64,000 nucleotides of DNA from positions 3,628,071 through 3,692,070 of the forward strand of contig MU053810.1 in NCBI GenBank assembly GCA_013239625.1. The letters run 5' to 3'. Made by a program: the position numbers and the translations under genes. A model generated the notes under the pieces. That model was not told the DNA's origin. It saw only the letters and a list, made by a program, of their open reading frames with translations, and did no database searches. The stretch is from Lama guanicoe. Taxonomy: Eukaryota. This document shows positions 36,864 through 50,594 of the stretch, one piece after another; position 1 is the stretch's first letter, and each line of letters starts with the position of its first letter.

Positions 36864-39754
36864 GTAAAGACTAAGTCTGCAGGGGAAAAAAAAGAATAAA
36901 AAGAGCCATTTTAATTATTTCATGAAAATTCTTTACAATTTGTTATGACACTGTATTTTCAGAATGTGCTAGTATGATGTGTTGGATCAGAACATGGCTA
37001 TGACAATCAAGCTGACCACAGTTCAAGTCCTGGCTCTGCCATTTACTGCCAAATACTTTTGCAAGTTTTTTCATGTGTACCTTATAGGGTTACAGTGGGG
37101 GGTTAATGATGCATTTCAATAAGTTCACAAGTGCCTGGCTCATAATAAGCACTCAACAAATAATAGTTATTTGAAGGATATTTAGGTGCAGAGATGCACA
37201 CATAAATAAATTACAGTATCATGTGAGGATAGCAGAAACAGAGCAGGTATAAGGTACACTGATGGCACAAAATGAGAAATGTTCACTATGTTTGGAGAAG
37301 CCAATTAAGACTTTCTGGAGGAAATCATGATTAAAATAAATTTTGAAAGACAAATAGATAATTTTTCAGGCTGATTAGGAGAGTGAAGGGCATAAAACAT
37401 CATGGTGTCCCTGGAGAACTATGAGCAGTTTGCTAATTTTTAAAAAAGTGATTAGAGACGTTATCGCAATAGAGAGGAGTCACCCGGAACAAGGTCTTGA
37501 ATGCAAATTTAAGACTCTTTTTGCATTTCATCATGTATGTGGTGGAGTAACTGGCAACCAGCAGAGAGAGAGAAAAATGACAAAGATTACTTGGGTCATC
37601 TTGGAGAAGACGGACTGAAGCAGGAGAAAGCTAGAGGATGGGAGGCCTGTCAGAACACTCGTTCAATGAAATCAAGCCAAGGATGGTGATATTCTGCACC
37701 TGGGCTATGGCAATGGAAAAGTGAGAATAAATTCAGGAGACTTTTAAGGGAATCCAGATAACTGCATATGAAGGACAGCAGGTCTACGATGACTGTCAGA
37801 CTTCATGCTTGGGTATCTAGGTAAGTGGTGGTAGCCCTTGATAAATAGACAAACATGTTTATATTGGGAAGATGATGAGTTTAGGTGGGTAACGTGAACC
37901 TTCAGGTGGAGCTTTCCATAAAAAGATATATGAGTCTACAGCTCAGTATTGGAGTCTGGTGGGAAGATATATATATATATATATACACACACATATACAT
38001 ATACATATATATATATGGCATTTGAAGTCACAAAAATAAGTAAGATCACCCTGGAAAAGCATACAAATACAACAAGAGAACCAGGGACAGATCACTGGGA
38101 AATATCAACATTTAAGACTGTACAGGAAAGACCTTAAATAATGGTCACAGAAGTAGGAGTATCAAAAGTAAGTGGTACCAAGCAAAGCAAGGAAGTTGTG
38201 TCAAGAATGAGGTATCATCAAGAGAGTTACTGGCAGCAGTGATGTCAAGAAAGATGAATACTAAGTAGTAGACGAAGGATTTGGGCAGTTTTAGCGGGAG
38301 GATCAAACTATGGTTTGAAGAGTAAGTGTAGGTTAATAATGTGGAAGTATCAAACGCAGGCTACTTTGGGGGAAATTCATGGTCAAGAAGAGAGAGAAAA
38401 ATAGAATGATAGCCAGAAGGAGATACAGATTCAAAGGAGTTTGTTTTTGTTTTTGTTTTTTATGAGGCAAACAAGAGACTTCATCGTATTTGCATACTGA
38501 AAGGAAGAGAGAGATTGGCTAAAGATACTGGAGTGTATTATTCAAGGTCCAATCAGGAGACAGAAATCACACGTCATTTAACCACAGACAATTTTATTTA
38601 AGGAATTGTTAACAATGTATAAAGCTGTTTATCAGGTAATTTAAAAGGTGAGAAGAGGACATAAAAGGATATGAAAGAAGCAATTGTATGTAAGAAGCAC
38701 CCAACACTCTTAGGACTGGAGAACTCACAGGAACAGAGAGGAGACAGAGTTCAGAAAGTGTGAGGGGAAATCAGGAAAGGGAGAGATTTTTTGTTAAAGT
38801 CAAAGAGCATTTTGCGAAGATGGCATTTGAGCAGGGCTTCCATAAGCAGAAATGAAAGAATATTCCAGGAGCTGTACAAGTTGTACATGACCTGGCAAAT
38901 GGTAGATGCTTAAAAAATATTTGTGGGATAGACGAAATGCTAAAGGAACAGAGTGAGCGAGAATCTAGAGAAAAGCAGGAGAAAATCTAGGGGAAGAGTA
39001 ATTTGGCTGGGGCTTGTGTTGTGGGGAGCGGTGGGCTGGCACAGATAGAACAGGGGCAGGGCGAATGGCTTTAGACTGCATTTTAGGAAGCCACTGAAGT
39101 TTATGTATAGGAATGACCTGTCTAGAGCAGTAATTTCTGGAAGGTGGATCTGCGGTAAAAGGAAGAAATGGATGGAGGGAGAAACAGAAGTCATCACCGA
39201 GAAGGCCAAAGATGACGACCTGGAGCAGAGTGACAGTAAAAATTTAAGAGAGGAAAGAAACAGGGGACAAAAAGTGGAGGGCCAATGACTTAAATGCTGA
39301 CTGGAGTTGAGGGTGGAGGAGGAGGAAGGTAAACAGATGTTCCATGCTTTGGGGAAGAAGGGCAGAAACAGGAAAGAAAGGTGTGAGAGGAATAGGTTTT
39401 GAAGGGACATGGTAAGTACTGTGGGAACAGACTGGACACCTTTGTGCGTGGAAAGCTGGCGATGCCGGCCGGCACCTCAGCGGAGAACGGGCAGAAAGTG
39501 ATGATTCGGGAGTCACCCGCACAGAGTTTGCTGAGGCGAACGCTGAGGCTGCACTGCCTGCTGATTTACAGTTGTCACTAGGGCGGGCCCTCAACGACCA
39601 GAAGGGGAGGATTCCCAGTGTCTATCCTGCCCTAAAGCCCAGGACTTAGGAACAGGGACGCACACGGATCTGCGGGTACCTGTGTCTCCCTGACAGGACA
39701 ATGGGCCCTGCGGACCGCGGAGCGCGCGCTTCCCTGGCGCAGGCGCGGCCCGCT

Positions 39755-39767
39755 GTCGCCTAGCAAC
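39755..39767. promoter_or_regulatory. RFX X-box
   Basis: GTCGCCTAGCAAC matches the consensus GTNRCC(N)RGYAAC. Confidence 0.8.
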
Positions 39768-39769
39768 CG

Positions 39770-39868
39770 GGCACAACAGTGGACCAGGAGGCGCGCGCCG
39801 GGGCGGCGGGGCGGCGGTTGCGGTTCGTCAGGTCGGAGCAGAGACTGTGGGGCGGCATTTCCCGGCAG
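39770..39868 (+). other. ARMC3: ARMC3 probable non-coding exon 1 (start approximate)
   Basis: Splice donor CAG|GTAAAG at 39868/39869 inside the CpG island. The ATG exon starts with an acceptor, so an upstream exon is required. Confidence 0.65.
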
Positions 39869-42800
39869 GTAAAGCAGGCGGGCGGCTGCGCCGCTGTCCC
39901 CGCGGTTTGGAGAGGCCCCAGGAAAACTTCGGGAAGGAGAAGGTGCCCCCTCCCCGTCTGGGTAGGGACATCTGGGGCGACTGGGAGGACACATTGTGAG
40001 GGCCTGTGGGTCCCTGCCCTACACCTGCAGTGTTAGAAGGGGGGTTCTGGTGGATTTCTTACATAAGCGTCCCAACCGTCTCCTATTTAAACAGGTGACA
40101 AAACTAAGGCCTGGAGTGGGGATCTTAGGGTCTTAAGATTCTGTTACTTGACAGTGAGCAGCTCAAAAAGTGGGTCCCCAATTGCTCTATCCTTTATCCT
40201 CAAAATAAATCTCATTAGAAAACGTTTAAGATCACATAGGCTGGACGTTCAGGGGAAAGGTCAATAAACTTGTGAAAAAAAATGATTCCTCTCCGAGAAT
40301 CAAGACGGTGCACATTCAAAGCAGATTTGCTTTCATGTCCAGTGCCATGAAGTTCATACCTTTTCAACCAGTTATTTTACTGCTACTTATGCTAAAGAAA
40401 CTGCTGCAGAGGTAGATGGAAATTTTATGTCTAGGGATGTTCGTTTGCTGCCTGTCCACAATTCTAGAAAACTGGAAGCCAATGCTCAACAATTGGGGAC
40501 TGGCTATAGTGGATTTTAAAATATTTTAAATGACATATTGATCCATTGATGATGACTGAAGCAACGAATGGAGACTGAGATTTCATGAACTTGTCCATTA
40601 ATTTAAGAATTTAGTAAGAAAATGGTCCCGTGAAGGGAAGTTGAGAATAAGGGACAGAAATCCAGATAGGAAGGTAAAAATCATAGAAAACACACAAAAA
40701 TGGAACTACATAAAAATAGTGATGATCTCCTTGAGCTTATTTCTGAGTGATTTTTTAAAAAAATTCCGTGTGCCCTTCCTTGTTTTCCAAATTCTCTGTA
40801 ATGAAATGTAATACCTTTGTAAGTGTACAGTAGACATAGAATTGTACACTTAAAATGATTTAAAATGGTAAATTTTATGTGATGTAATTTTTAGCACAAT
40901 AAAAAAAAACACCAATGGGCAAGTGGTAAAATAGTCAAAGAAAACAGATTTTGTTTGCTTCAAAAAGTTAAAGGGATTTATTTTCTTCCCTTGACATCTC
41001 TATAGCTTTAAAGGAAAGCAAATCTTTAAAGAATAAAATAAGGTGATTTAGTTGTATCATGTTGATTTTAAGTGAAATGTTTAATTTACAAAGTTAAAAA
41101 AAACCCTTAGGGTCATCTCTGGGGCTCTCTGCCCCTGATCTATGTTGGCTGTATATTTTCTCCCCCATTAACTGTTATTCCCAATATGGTGAGAAAAACA
41201 AACAAAACGCTTCCCACTCCGCAATGTTGCCAAGGACCAGATCCATCTCTGTAATCCTGTATGATTCAGCTATTCCAGCCTCTGTATTTTTCAATATGCA
41301 ATCACTCAAAACCACTGTCCTGAAATGGGAAAAATAAATTCCTGAGTGAAAATCAGATGACCTCAAGTAACTTTCTACAGGTGTAACTTAATTGCTTCGA
41401 GAATGTTATTCATAAGGAATCTTTTGTAAATCAAAGGCTGCTATATCTTGGAATTCGTTATAAAGAGCTATAAAATCTCTTTTTCCTAGAAAAATCATAG
41501 GAAAGATTTTCATCTGTCCGTAATAGTCTGTGTGTCTACCTGAAACGTTACAAGCACAAAGTCTAGGATCTGTGTGCTTTTCACATTTCTGTGAAAGATG
41601 TTTGAGATCTGAAAAATCAGATTGGCTCTAAAATATGAAAAGAAAATTTGAGAATTAATGTTAAATGTTTTTATTAATGTTAAAGTTACATTTGAAAATT
41701 TTTTCTCATTTTACAAGAATTTCCAGGTGTACAAAATAAGTCATTTCAAGTGCAAAGCTTCCAAACTTTTTATTATGAAAATTATATTTAATGGGAGATG
41801 TGGATGCATTTTAATGTTTTAACATATTGTAGTGTGAGATAGTACATCACACGGTAAGCTTACCCAGGCCCTCAGAGATCTTGAAATTTATGTGACCTGA
41901 AGTTAGTTACCTGGAATAGGTATCTTTCAGAAGACACTGTGAGTTTCTTTGAACGTGTGGTTTTTTTTCTGTTCAGTGTCTCTAACGCTTGGGGTTGCTT
42001 TGTCCCTTGAGAAGCCATTTGAACTAATATTGACATTGTAGATTCTCTCCAAAGATTTTCTCCTTTTCAGAATTTCTCTTGAGACTATAGGGATTTCCTT
42101 GGGACTAGAATATACCATTTGAGGTTACCATAATGCCAAACATAACCCTACAAACTCTTAATTGGAGAAAACTCAAAAAATTTCTGGGGTTATTCTAACA
42201 GTCACCAACATCTTGGAACACCTTCTCTCTACCCAGGTGGAGTTACTCCTCGTGGTATAGCAACTCTGTATACTATTCTGTTGGCTTTTATCTTCCTAAG
42301 CATGGACATATAAGGGCAGACGGGAAAGGATCTTTACAAGAAGTAACCCCAATTTCCCTAGAATATGTCTTTTCAGATTCTCAATTACTTTTTTTAATTG
42401 AAAAGTGGAATATATTAGAGAAGAGTTTTTGTTATTTGAGAAATTGACACAAATGTTCATTTGGACTTGATAGATCTTGGATACCATTCAGAAAGTAATT
42501 ACTGCCAGGAAAAACAGAGTTAATGATTTTTATAAATATCAAATGTCTACTATGTCCAGACACTGTTCTAGGTGTTTGGGATAGATGAGTGCCAGAAAGC
42601 AGACAAGAATCCCTCCCTTGGTGGCAGAACGTTCCTGAAAACCTCAAAAGTGGTTTGGATTTAGTTTCCCAAGCCCTACCTTAAGTGGGCTGTAAGCATG
42701 ATAAACCATTACCTGTCATGTCAGTAAAATTTACATCATTAATCTAGTCTCCTTTCCAAACTGCAAGGCAGGACTAATGCCCAACAATCTTATCAATAAG

Positions 42801-43002
42801 TTCCTTTAAAATTGTGAAGTTTGGGATGTAGGTAACATATTTGTACATGTGGAATAATTTCTGTATATATTGCATGGCCTCTTCTTAGGGTGAAATTTAG
42901 AGGGGGAAGTACATTTCCTCCCAGGGACATAGGTAACTGAGAGATTTGTGCATATACAATGTAAAAATGACATTTTAATCATTTGTGGCATCTTTTTCCA
43001 GA

Positions 43003-43050
43003 ATGGGTAAAAAGACAAAGAAGGAAGCAGAGCCCCCTCCCAAGGATGTG
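43003..43050 (+). CDS. ARMC3: ARMC3 first coding exon (MGKKTKKEAEPPPKDV)
   Basis: Acceptor TCTTTTTCCAG|A ATG, donor GTG|GTAAGT. Matches the ARMC3 N-terminus MGKKIKKEVEPPPKDV. 48 nt. Confidence 0.93.
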
Positions 43051-44199
43051 GTAAGTTTCTGATTTGAACACTAGCAGCACATTAACAACCAGTTTTAAAA
43101 ATAAATTGTTCAAACAGTTTGGCATGTTCCAGTGTATACATGAGTGCACAGTGGCAGAAGTCCAAAGTCTGACTAATGATAAGATTAGTCAGAGAAATCT
43201 AACATAATATAAACAAACATTTACAACGTTGTCATTACATAATTAGTGCAATTAGAGAGTAATTATTAGCTTTTCCAGTTATGTGGATGGCATGTTTATA
43301 AGCCTAGTTAATGAACAAATAGTTTGGGTTTGTTCTTTCAAATACTTTAAATTTACACTTGCCAGTCTCTCACTAATGTTCATTATCCAACTGAATTTTT
43401 AAAATGACTTGAAGTTATGCTGTAGCTATTGGATATGTCTGTAGAGTTGTCTGAAGATGACCGTTTGGACATTACGAGTCCTGTATTTTCCAATTCTATG
43501 GAGAGAAAAGTCTGTGTTCATCTCCTTTTTCTCTTTCAAATGCTTGAAAAGTACATTCCCCACAACACAAAACCTTCTCTCTCCCTTTTAAAAGCAGGAT
43601 TCAACAAACTTAATGCTCAGTAGGTTGGCTATTTGGGACAAGGTGGTTTTAGAAGATGCAAGATAATTTAAAGTCATCATGGTAAGTAAGCATGGATCAT
43701 ACAAAAAATTATTTCCATAGCAGTAGTGATTATAGAAGTAAAAAATTAGAAATAACAAAAATGTTTCATAATAAAAGCTTAGTTAAATAAATTATTCTAT
43801 TTTGATAAAAGATCACTGAATGTTTGATAGCATGGGAATACAATCACAATATCTGAATTAAAAAGCTATTAAAATATGAAAGCAGTGTTCTATCTTCTCT
43901 CCTTAAAGTTTATGAACTACTGAAAGGTAGTGTTAAAAACGGAAATGTCCTTGGACAATTTTCAATTTAGAAACATTTTGAAACAGACATTTGATGCAGT
44001 TTTTCTTTAAGTGAGATGTGAATAGGAAAAAAAAAAAAACGTGTGCAGTCAGCATACTCACAGGATTTTACAGTTTGAAGGAACCTGAGCTTAGTGCGGG
44101 AATCTTCCCGACAGCAGCTAGAACATAGTGGCTACAAACGTGAGCTCCGTCCCAGATCTGCCCCTCGTAAACACTGTTATTTTGGTGACGTGGCCGAAT

Positions 44200-44237
44200 T
44201 TGGAAGGCAGCTATGCTCACCGCTATACCACCCATGC
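44200..44237 (-). pseudogene. Tailless retrocopy of the 5' half of tRNA-Gly(TCC)
   Basis: Minus strand GCATGGGTGGTATAGCGGTGAGCATAGCTGCCTTCCAA is 35/38 identical to nt 1-38 of mammalian tRNA-Gly-TCC as recalled. 14/16 TSD at 44188-44203 and 44239-44254. Confidence 0.88.
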
Positions 44238-46919
44238 TACGTGCCCAAATTTGGCCAAGATATTTCACCTTAAAAAAAAATCTCTTAAATGAGAATTGTA
44301 ATGTCCAGCTTGTTTTGGTTGTTGTATGAATTACAATGAAATAGAGCACGTGAAGTTTCACAATGCCTGGCACATAGTAAACACTCAGTAAGATCTGCTG
44401 TCTTGGGAATCCTTTAGTTGCACCCCCCCCCCGTATAACTTATGTATGATCCTCCAATACAGCTGGAGACAAAGGCTGCAGAAGACCTGTCTGCCCAGGT
44501 CTAGGAAAGCTTTGCAGAGGTAGTCTCTTAATAGATTTCATCAATCTGGCTGCTCTCCTTTGGACATACTCCTACAATGTTCTAAATTCTTTCATTTCTT
44601 CACTGCATCTGGTTTGCATTACCCCTCTTTTTGCTGCAAAATAGCATTATTGACATCTTATTACCAGCAAGTGGCGTCGTGAACACAGTACTTGGTGACA
44701 AACACTTTCTGATCAAAATTCGAATTAAGGGACTATTAAACAATAGATAGACTTATCTAATACACTTTCCATAATTTTATAATGTCTTGGTGGTATTGTC
44801 CTCTGTACAATACCAGAGGGGCACACCAAGGACTTAAGAAACAATTCAAGTTAACAAAAATCTAGCTGTTGCTTCTTAAGGTCTCAGCAGCAACCTTGAG
44901 GGCAGCCAAAGGCAGGTGTGACAGTTACCAATGGTCCCCGACTGTCACCTTTCCCCAGGGTCCTTCCATCCTTCCCCTACTCTGATTTTATGTTAATAAA
45001 GCTGATAGAGTAGTATTGAAATATCTAACTGCTCTTCTATCTTGTACGTTCTAATATTTCCAAACAGTATAGCACAATTTAAAATATCTAAACTTGGAAT
45101 CTATCCCAAAGTATACCTCTTCAAAGTCTGTGAGGGTTTGTTGTACAAATTATAAATGAAAACCAGATTTAAAAGAGGGATATATATAATTGCTTGAGAA
45201 AATAAACTTTTCCATGCCGACTAATGGCAATTTGCTTCTTGATGATTTCCTAAAACGTTGCTTCCAAAGGTTTTTAGTTTTATTAGTCTTTGATCTACTG
45301 GTTAAAATGGGCAATGGGGATGGAAAAACAGAGTGTTTGGTGGTAAGAATAAAACAAAAAGCTCCCTTTGCTTTTCTTAGTATTTTCATTGTCAAAACAT
45401 ACATTAATATGGGCATTTATGGTTTCTTGCTCCCCATTTCATCTTGTAAAAGTGAGTATTAGCTACAAAGATGCCTAAATGTGGGAAAGATATGGCTTGA
45501 ACAACCAATTCAACTATATTCTGCTCTCCCAGATCATTTCCAAGTCTGGCTGAAAGGTGGTTTGTGATGCTTTGATAAAAGGCAGACTTTCTGTGGATTG
45601 ACTGCATGAAAGAATTATTAACAGAAGTGACCTCAGTAGGTAATGTTTAGTATAAGGCAAGATTTGGTGACTAAGCATATGGGCTTCAGATTTATGCTGT
45701 CTGAGTCTGAACCCTTACTTCATCACCCACCGTCTATGATCTGGGGCGAATCTCCTCACCTCTGTGTTCCCCAGGGAGGGTGCAATGATGTCCACTTCAT
45801 AGGCTATCCATGTCACACCCACTCACAGCAGTGAGGCAAGATTCAGTTAATGAAAGATGCTTAGAACAGTGCCTGGCATTAGATAAGAACTTTGAAAATG
45901 TTATTATTAATCTTGTAGTTAAGGGTGCTGTTCATCATTCTCCAAAACTATAGATGTTTGAATGAGAACTGTCAAAGGAGGCAGGGAGACCAGCTGTCAA
46001 AGACCAGCTGATGGTCTTGAATTTAGTGGCTAAATTCCCAGAGACCTAGAGCACGTCCATCATGGTCAGGTCTTCGAGTTTAAGAGTATGGAAATTTTAT
46101 TCCCTTATATCTCAGAGGCAAATGAACTTTAGTGGATAAATCCACAGTATCTAAACTCACAAGAGGCTATGATTTGGCTCTGGAATCTTAGTGATTCCGT
46201 ATCAAGTTAACTGAAAATTTACGTTAATAGTCCAGTACCTTTTCTTCCTTGTTAAGTGCATACGGGAGCCAAGCACGGTGAGCGGTAAATCAGAGGAACA
46301 GGCAATAGCGTAACTGCTCCCTCACGTGGGCAACCAAACCCTGAGATGGATGTCTCCCGGGGCTTGTTTCTTCCTGACCCCTTTCATCAGCCTTAGAGCT
46401 CAACCTTGAACTCTGTCATAGACTTTTTTTCTAGCAATGAAATGTCACAGGGACTTTCCCCCATCTTTCTCCCTCATCACAGATAATGATACAACATGAA
46501 TTAATAAAATATAGTATAAATTCATAAATAACGCATATACAAAGCTGTATAAATAAATGTCAGCTTACTGAACTTGCTCAAAAAAAATTCGCTGTTTCTG
46601 TTAAGGCTGTAAAGCAAACTAGAGTTCATTTTAGCTGTTTCCATTTTAACTTTTACCCTTTTGCAGATTTTAACGGCTGTCTAGAGAGTCTGTACCAAAG
46701 ATTCATACTAGAGTGGTGCAGTCTACCTCCTTCTGTTTATCTGTCTCTTTTCCTGTGCAGTTGGCTCCCTGTGATCAGAGAACAATGAGTTGGTAAACAC
46801 ATTCCAACAGAAATCAGAAGAGCCTTTTATTTGCACTTACCAGCAGCATAAAAATCACTCCAACTGTCATGATTCACCTGTTTCTGCTGAGTTCAGCTCT
46901 GTAATTTTACATTCTTTTA

Positions 46920-47150
46920 GACCTGTGCTGTCTAATACAGTAGCCACTAGACACATGTGGTGATTTACATTAAAAATAACTAAAATTATATCAGTTAAAA
47001 TCAACAATAAAAAATAAATTGAAAAATTCAGTTCCTCAGTCGCATTAGTTACACTTCAAGTGCCCATGAGCCACATGGGGATTGTGCATGCCCTATCGGA
47101 CACGCAGAATCGAAACACTTCCATCACTGAAGTTCTGCTGGGCAACTTTA
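46920..47150. mobile_element. MER3-like hAT-Charlie MITE
   Basis: CTGTGCTGTCTAATACAGTAGCCACTAG...CAGTTCCTCAGTCGCATTAG...TTCCATCACTGAAGTTCT. Confidence 0.75.
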
Positions 47151-47609
47151 TTCCAGACAGTCTTATTTCCTTAACAGAGGTAGGAAAGTATCTCTACAAG
47201 TCTCTGGCTCCTCTAATTGACAGAGCTTAAAATTCGAAGCTCAGCTACAAAACGCCTTTCCTTTCTTTCATTCTCTTTCTAAATAATTTTGGTTCATTAT
47301 TTATTCTGCATGGAGCACGAAATTATAATTTCACAACCAGCCTGTTGGTGGCTGACTGTGAGTTCCTCACGGGAAAGCAGATGGGATATGTAATTACAGC
47401 CCAGTATTATTTATTTAGTCATGTGGCATTCTGTTACAGCTATCATTTTATTCTCGGCGCCTTTTTTAATAAAAAATTACTATAATGCTGCAGGCTCTGT
47501 GGGGAAAACAGATGTCATGCCAATGTCTCCACTCTCTGCCAAGCACTGGTATTTCTCCTCCTGGGACCGCTCTTAGGATTATAACTCTCACGGTTTTCCT
47601 CTTCCCTTT

Positions 47610-47861
47610 GTTTTTTAATTTTTTTAACATTTTTTATTGATTTATAATCATTTTACAATGTTGTGTCAAATTCCAGTGTTCAGCACAATTTTTCAGTCAT
47701 TCATGGACATATACACACTCATTGTCACATTTTTTTCTCTGTGATTTATCATAACATTTTGTGTATATTTCCCTGTGCTATACAGTGTAATCTTGGTTTA
47801 TCTATTCTACAATTCTGAAATCCCAGTCTATCCCTTCCCACCCTCTACCCCCCTGGCAACC
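47610..47861 (-). mobile_element. Young camelid-type L1 3'UTR fragment with TSD
   Basis: Same tail as 29-270. TSD TCCTCTTCCCTTT at 47597-47609 and 47862-47874, followed by AA (TTT/AA endonuclease site). Confidence 0.9.
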
Positions 47862-49850
47862 TCCTCTTCCCTTTAAGTTTCTTGTACCCCCATCACCTTT
47901 TTCTTAAGGATGACCAGAAGATCTGGCAACATTCTGAAGTGTCTTCTAAACCACTGACAGAGGATGCAAAGATCCTTACCATAGTTTTTGTTCAAATGTA
48001 TTTTCACATACCGTGCTCCTTTGAGAAGTGTAGCCATTCTGTGGAGATCATGACAAATCTATATGCTTCAACAGAGTATATTTATTCCCATGCTTATAAA
48101 ATCAGCTTTGAAAATCTTGAAATATCAGAAGTCTTTCAAGTGAAAGTTCTAAAATGGAAGGGACGGTAACCAGCCAGAATGCTAGGGAAATTGTCTTAAG
48201 TGGAAAAGGTGATCGAAGGCTGGGATTCTCAAGGGTTTGGTCAGGGGGATCACCGGGTCTTATGAGGGTAGGGTGGTGACTGCGGACTCTCTCAGCACAG
48301 AATGCACACCAAACGTTCTGCATACAATTTCAGAGAGACAGTGTGTCCCTGGAGCCCACTGATGGCTTCGTGAACCTGAGATTCAGAATCTTCTCTGGCA
48401 TTAATAGATAGTAGGACAGTGAAGGCACTTCAAGGCCACATAAAAAAGAAGTTTCCGGAGGCACTTTCATACAGTCCCTCATAGACATTTTGAGTATTTC
48501 CACATCCCGGGTGTTATTCCGGGTAATGGAGATCGACGACACATAACATAGTCCTTTGCCTGAAGAAAGCCGTCCATTTACTGGACAGACGCTGAGTGCA
48601 TACCACATGCAAGTGTTCGTCTACGTCTGGGGCATACAGATCAGGCCTCGAGGCAGCTTTCATTCTAGTAGGGGAAACAGCCGGCTAAGAACAATATAAT
48701 TTAGGGAGTGATAAAATCAATGAAAATTTCCCTGGGTTTTGTTGAAATAATCTAGAATTTCAATTCTAAGTCATTATTAACTTTTTTTTCCCATACCATG
48801 TGTCATAACTTAAATCCTTTCTTAAGAATTACACTGTGATTCAGACCATCATTATCATTCAGTTTAACTATCAATTTTACCACATTTATTGATCCACCAC
48901 TATTGTTTTTATATTTTGACCTCCCCAATCTTGGCTGTAGTATTTTCCCAGGAATTTGTTTGAGTGCACAGTTGATACACGTGTTGAGCATGTGAATGCC
49001 TGAACATGTCTTTTTCACATATGAATGGTGACTTAGTAAGGTGTAAATTTCTTGGATCACAATTCTTTCCCTTTCAACTTTGTTGATTTTCCTCAATAGA
49101 GGGTTGGTGAAGGGAGGACCTAGGTCATTTACTGAGGCCTGACCTTTCCTTATTTTTCAATAATACTTTTGCTTCTTATCACGTATTTTCTACTTAGTCA
49201 AGCTCCTATTTTATTCACAATAAACACAACATTCATTCCCATTTTAAACCTTCCTGATGTGATTTCCCCCATTTGAATATCTTTCTTCTTTATCTCAACC
49301 CATCCCGTTGTATCCATTCTTCAAATCACATCTAAAATTCTACCACCTCCACGGCCCTTTCTCCGTTTACCGCAGTTAAATGAATCTCCCCTCCCCCAGC
49401 ACAACATTTATTATCTCTGCCATATATGTTTTTGTACTTCATGGAATCCTAGAATTTTATACCCAGAAGAGATCTAAGAGATAGAATCCAACTCCCTAAT
49501 TTTTCAGATTAAAAAAGATGTGGTTACTGAGTCATATGTGTCACCCAGATGACTCCACGTCCTCTGGCATTCTGGGGTTACCCTTTAATACCTAGCTTAG
49601 GTGATTCTCAAGCCTCCACCCCTGAATACTTTAAGAAGTTCTTCCTGAAAATTTCTGTGGATTTCCAGGTCCTATGCTCTCCTGCTCAGTGTCGCAGACA
49701 CCATCCCAGCCATTCCTCTGGGCTCTCCCAGAGGCCCCATTTTCTCAGCGGTTCACGTCACTGGAACCCATAAATGTCACAAGCTTGGGGCATGGAAGAC
49801 TTTTACTGAAGATCTGTCTCCCCAGAAAAGAGTCTAAAAGGCTTGAGACC

Positions 49851-50594
49851 TTTTTTTTAACTTTTTTTTTTATTGAGTAATAGTTATTTTACAATGTTGT
49901 GTCAAATTCCAGTGTAAAGCACAATTTTTCAGTTGTACATGAACATACATATATTCATTGTCACCTTTTTTTTTCACTGTGAGCTACCACAAGATCTTGT
50001 ATATATTTCCCTGTGCTATACAGTATAATCTTGTTTATCTATTCTGCATTTTGAAATCCCAGCCTATCCCTTTCCACCCCCGCCCCCTTACACCCCCGCC
50101 GGCAACCACAAGTTTGTATTCTATGTCTATGAGTCTGTTTCTGTTTTGTATTTATTTTATTTATTTATTTTTTAGATTCCACATATGAGCGATCTCATAT
50201 GGTATTTTTCTTTCTCTTTCTGGCTTAGTTTATTTAGAATGACCTTCTCCAGGAACATCCATGTTGCTGCAAATGGCGTTATGTTGTTGGTTTTTATGGC
50301 TAAATAGTATTCCATTGTATAAATATACCACATCTTCTTTATCCAGTCATCTATTGCTGGCCATTTAGGCTGTTTCCATGTCTGGGCTGTTGTAAATAGT
50401 GCTTCTATGAACATTGGGGTGCGAGTGTCTTTTTGAAGTACAGTTCCTTCTGGATATATGCCCAGGAGTGGAATTCCTGGGTCATATGGTGAGTCTATTC
50501 CTAGTCTTTTGAGGAATTTCCACAGTGGCTGCACCAAACTGCCTTCCCACCAGCAGTGTAGGAGGGTTCCCTTTTCCCCACAGCCTCTCCAGCA
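49851..50594 (-). mobile_element. Young 5'-truncated L1 with TSD
   Basis: ORF 50172..50537(-) is the L1 ORF2 C-terminus. TSD TAAAAGGCT(T/G)GAGAC at 49835-49849 and 50595-50609. Confidence 0.93.

Larger units (their letters stand above)
39450..39990 (+). promoter_or_regulatory. ARMC3: CpG island / ARMC3 promoter
   Basis: The only CpG-dense, GC-rich segment in the window. GGGCGG boxes and NRF1-like GCGCAGGCGC at 39737-39746. Lies ~3 kb upstream of the ATG exon. Confidence 0.88.

Noticed and set aside
38940..40036. ORFs over the purine-rich flank and CpG island
   Set aside because: Stop-poor base composition and low-complexity translations. The ARMC3 ATG is at 43003.
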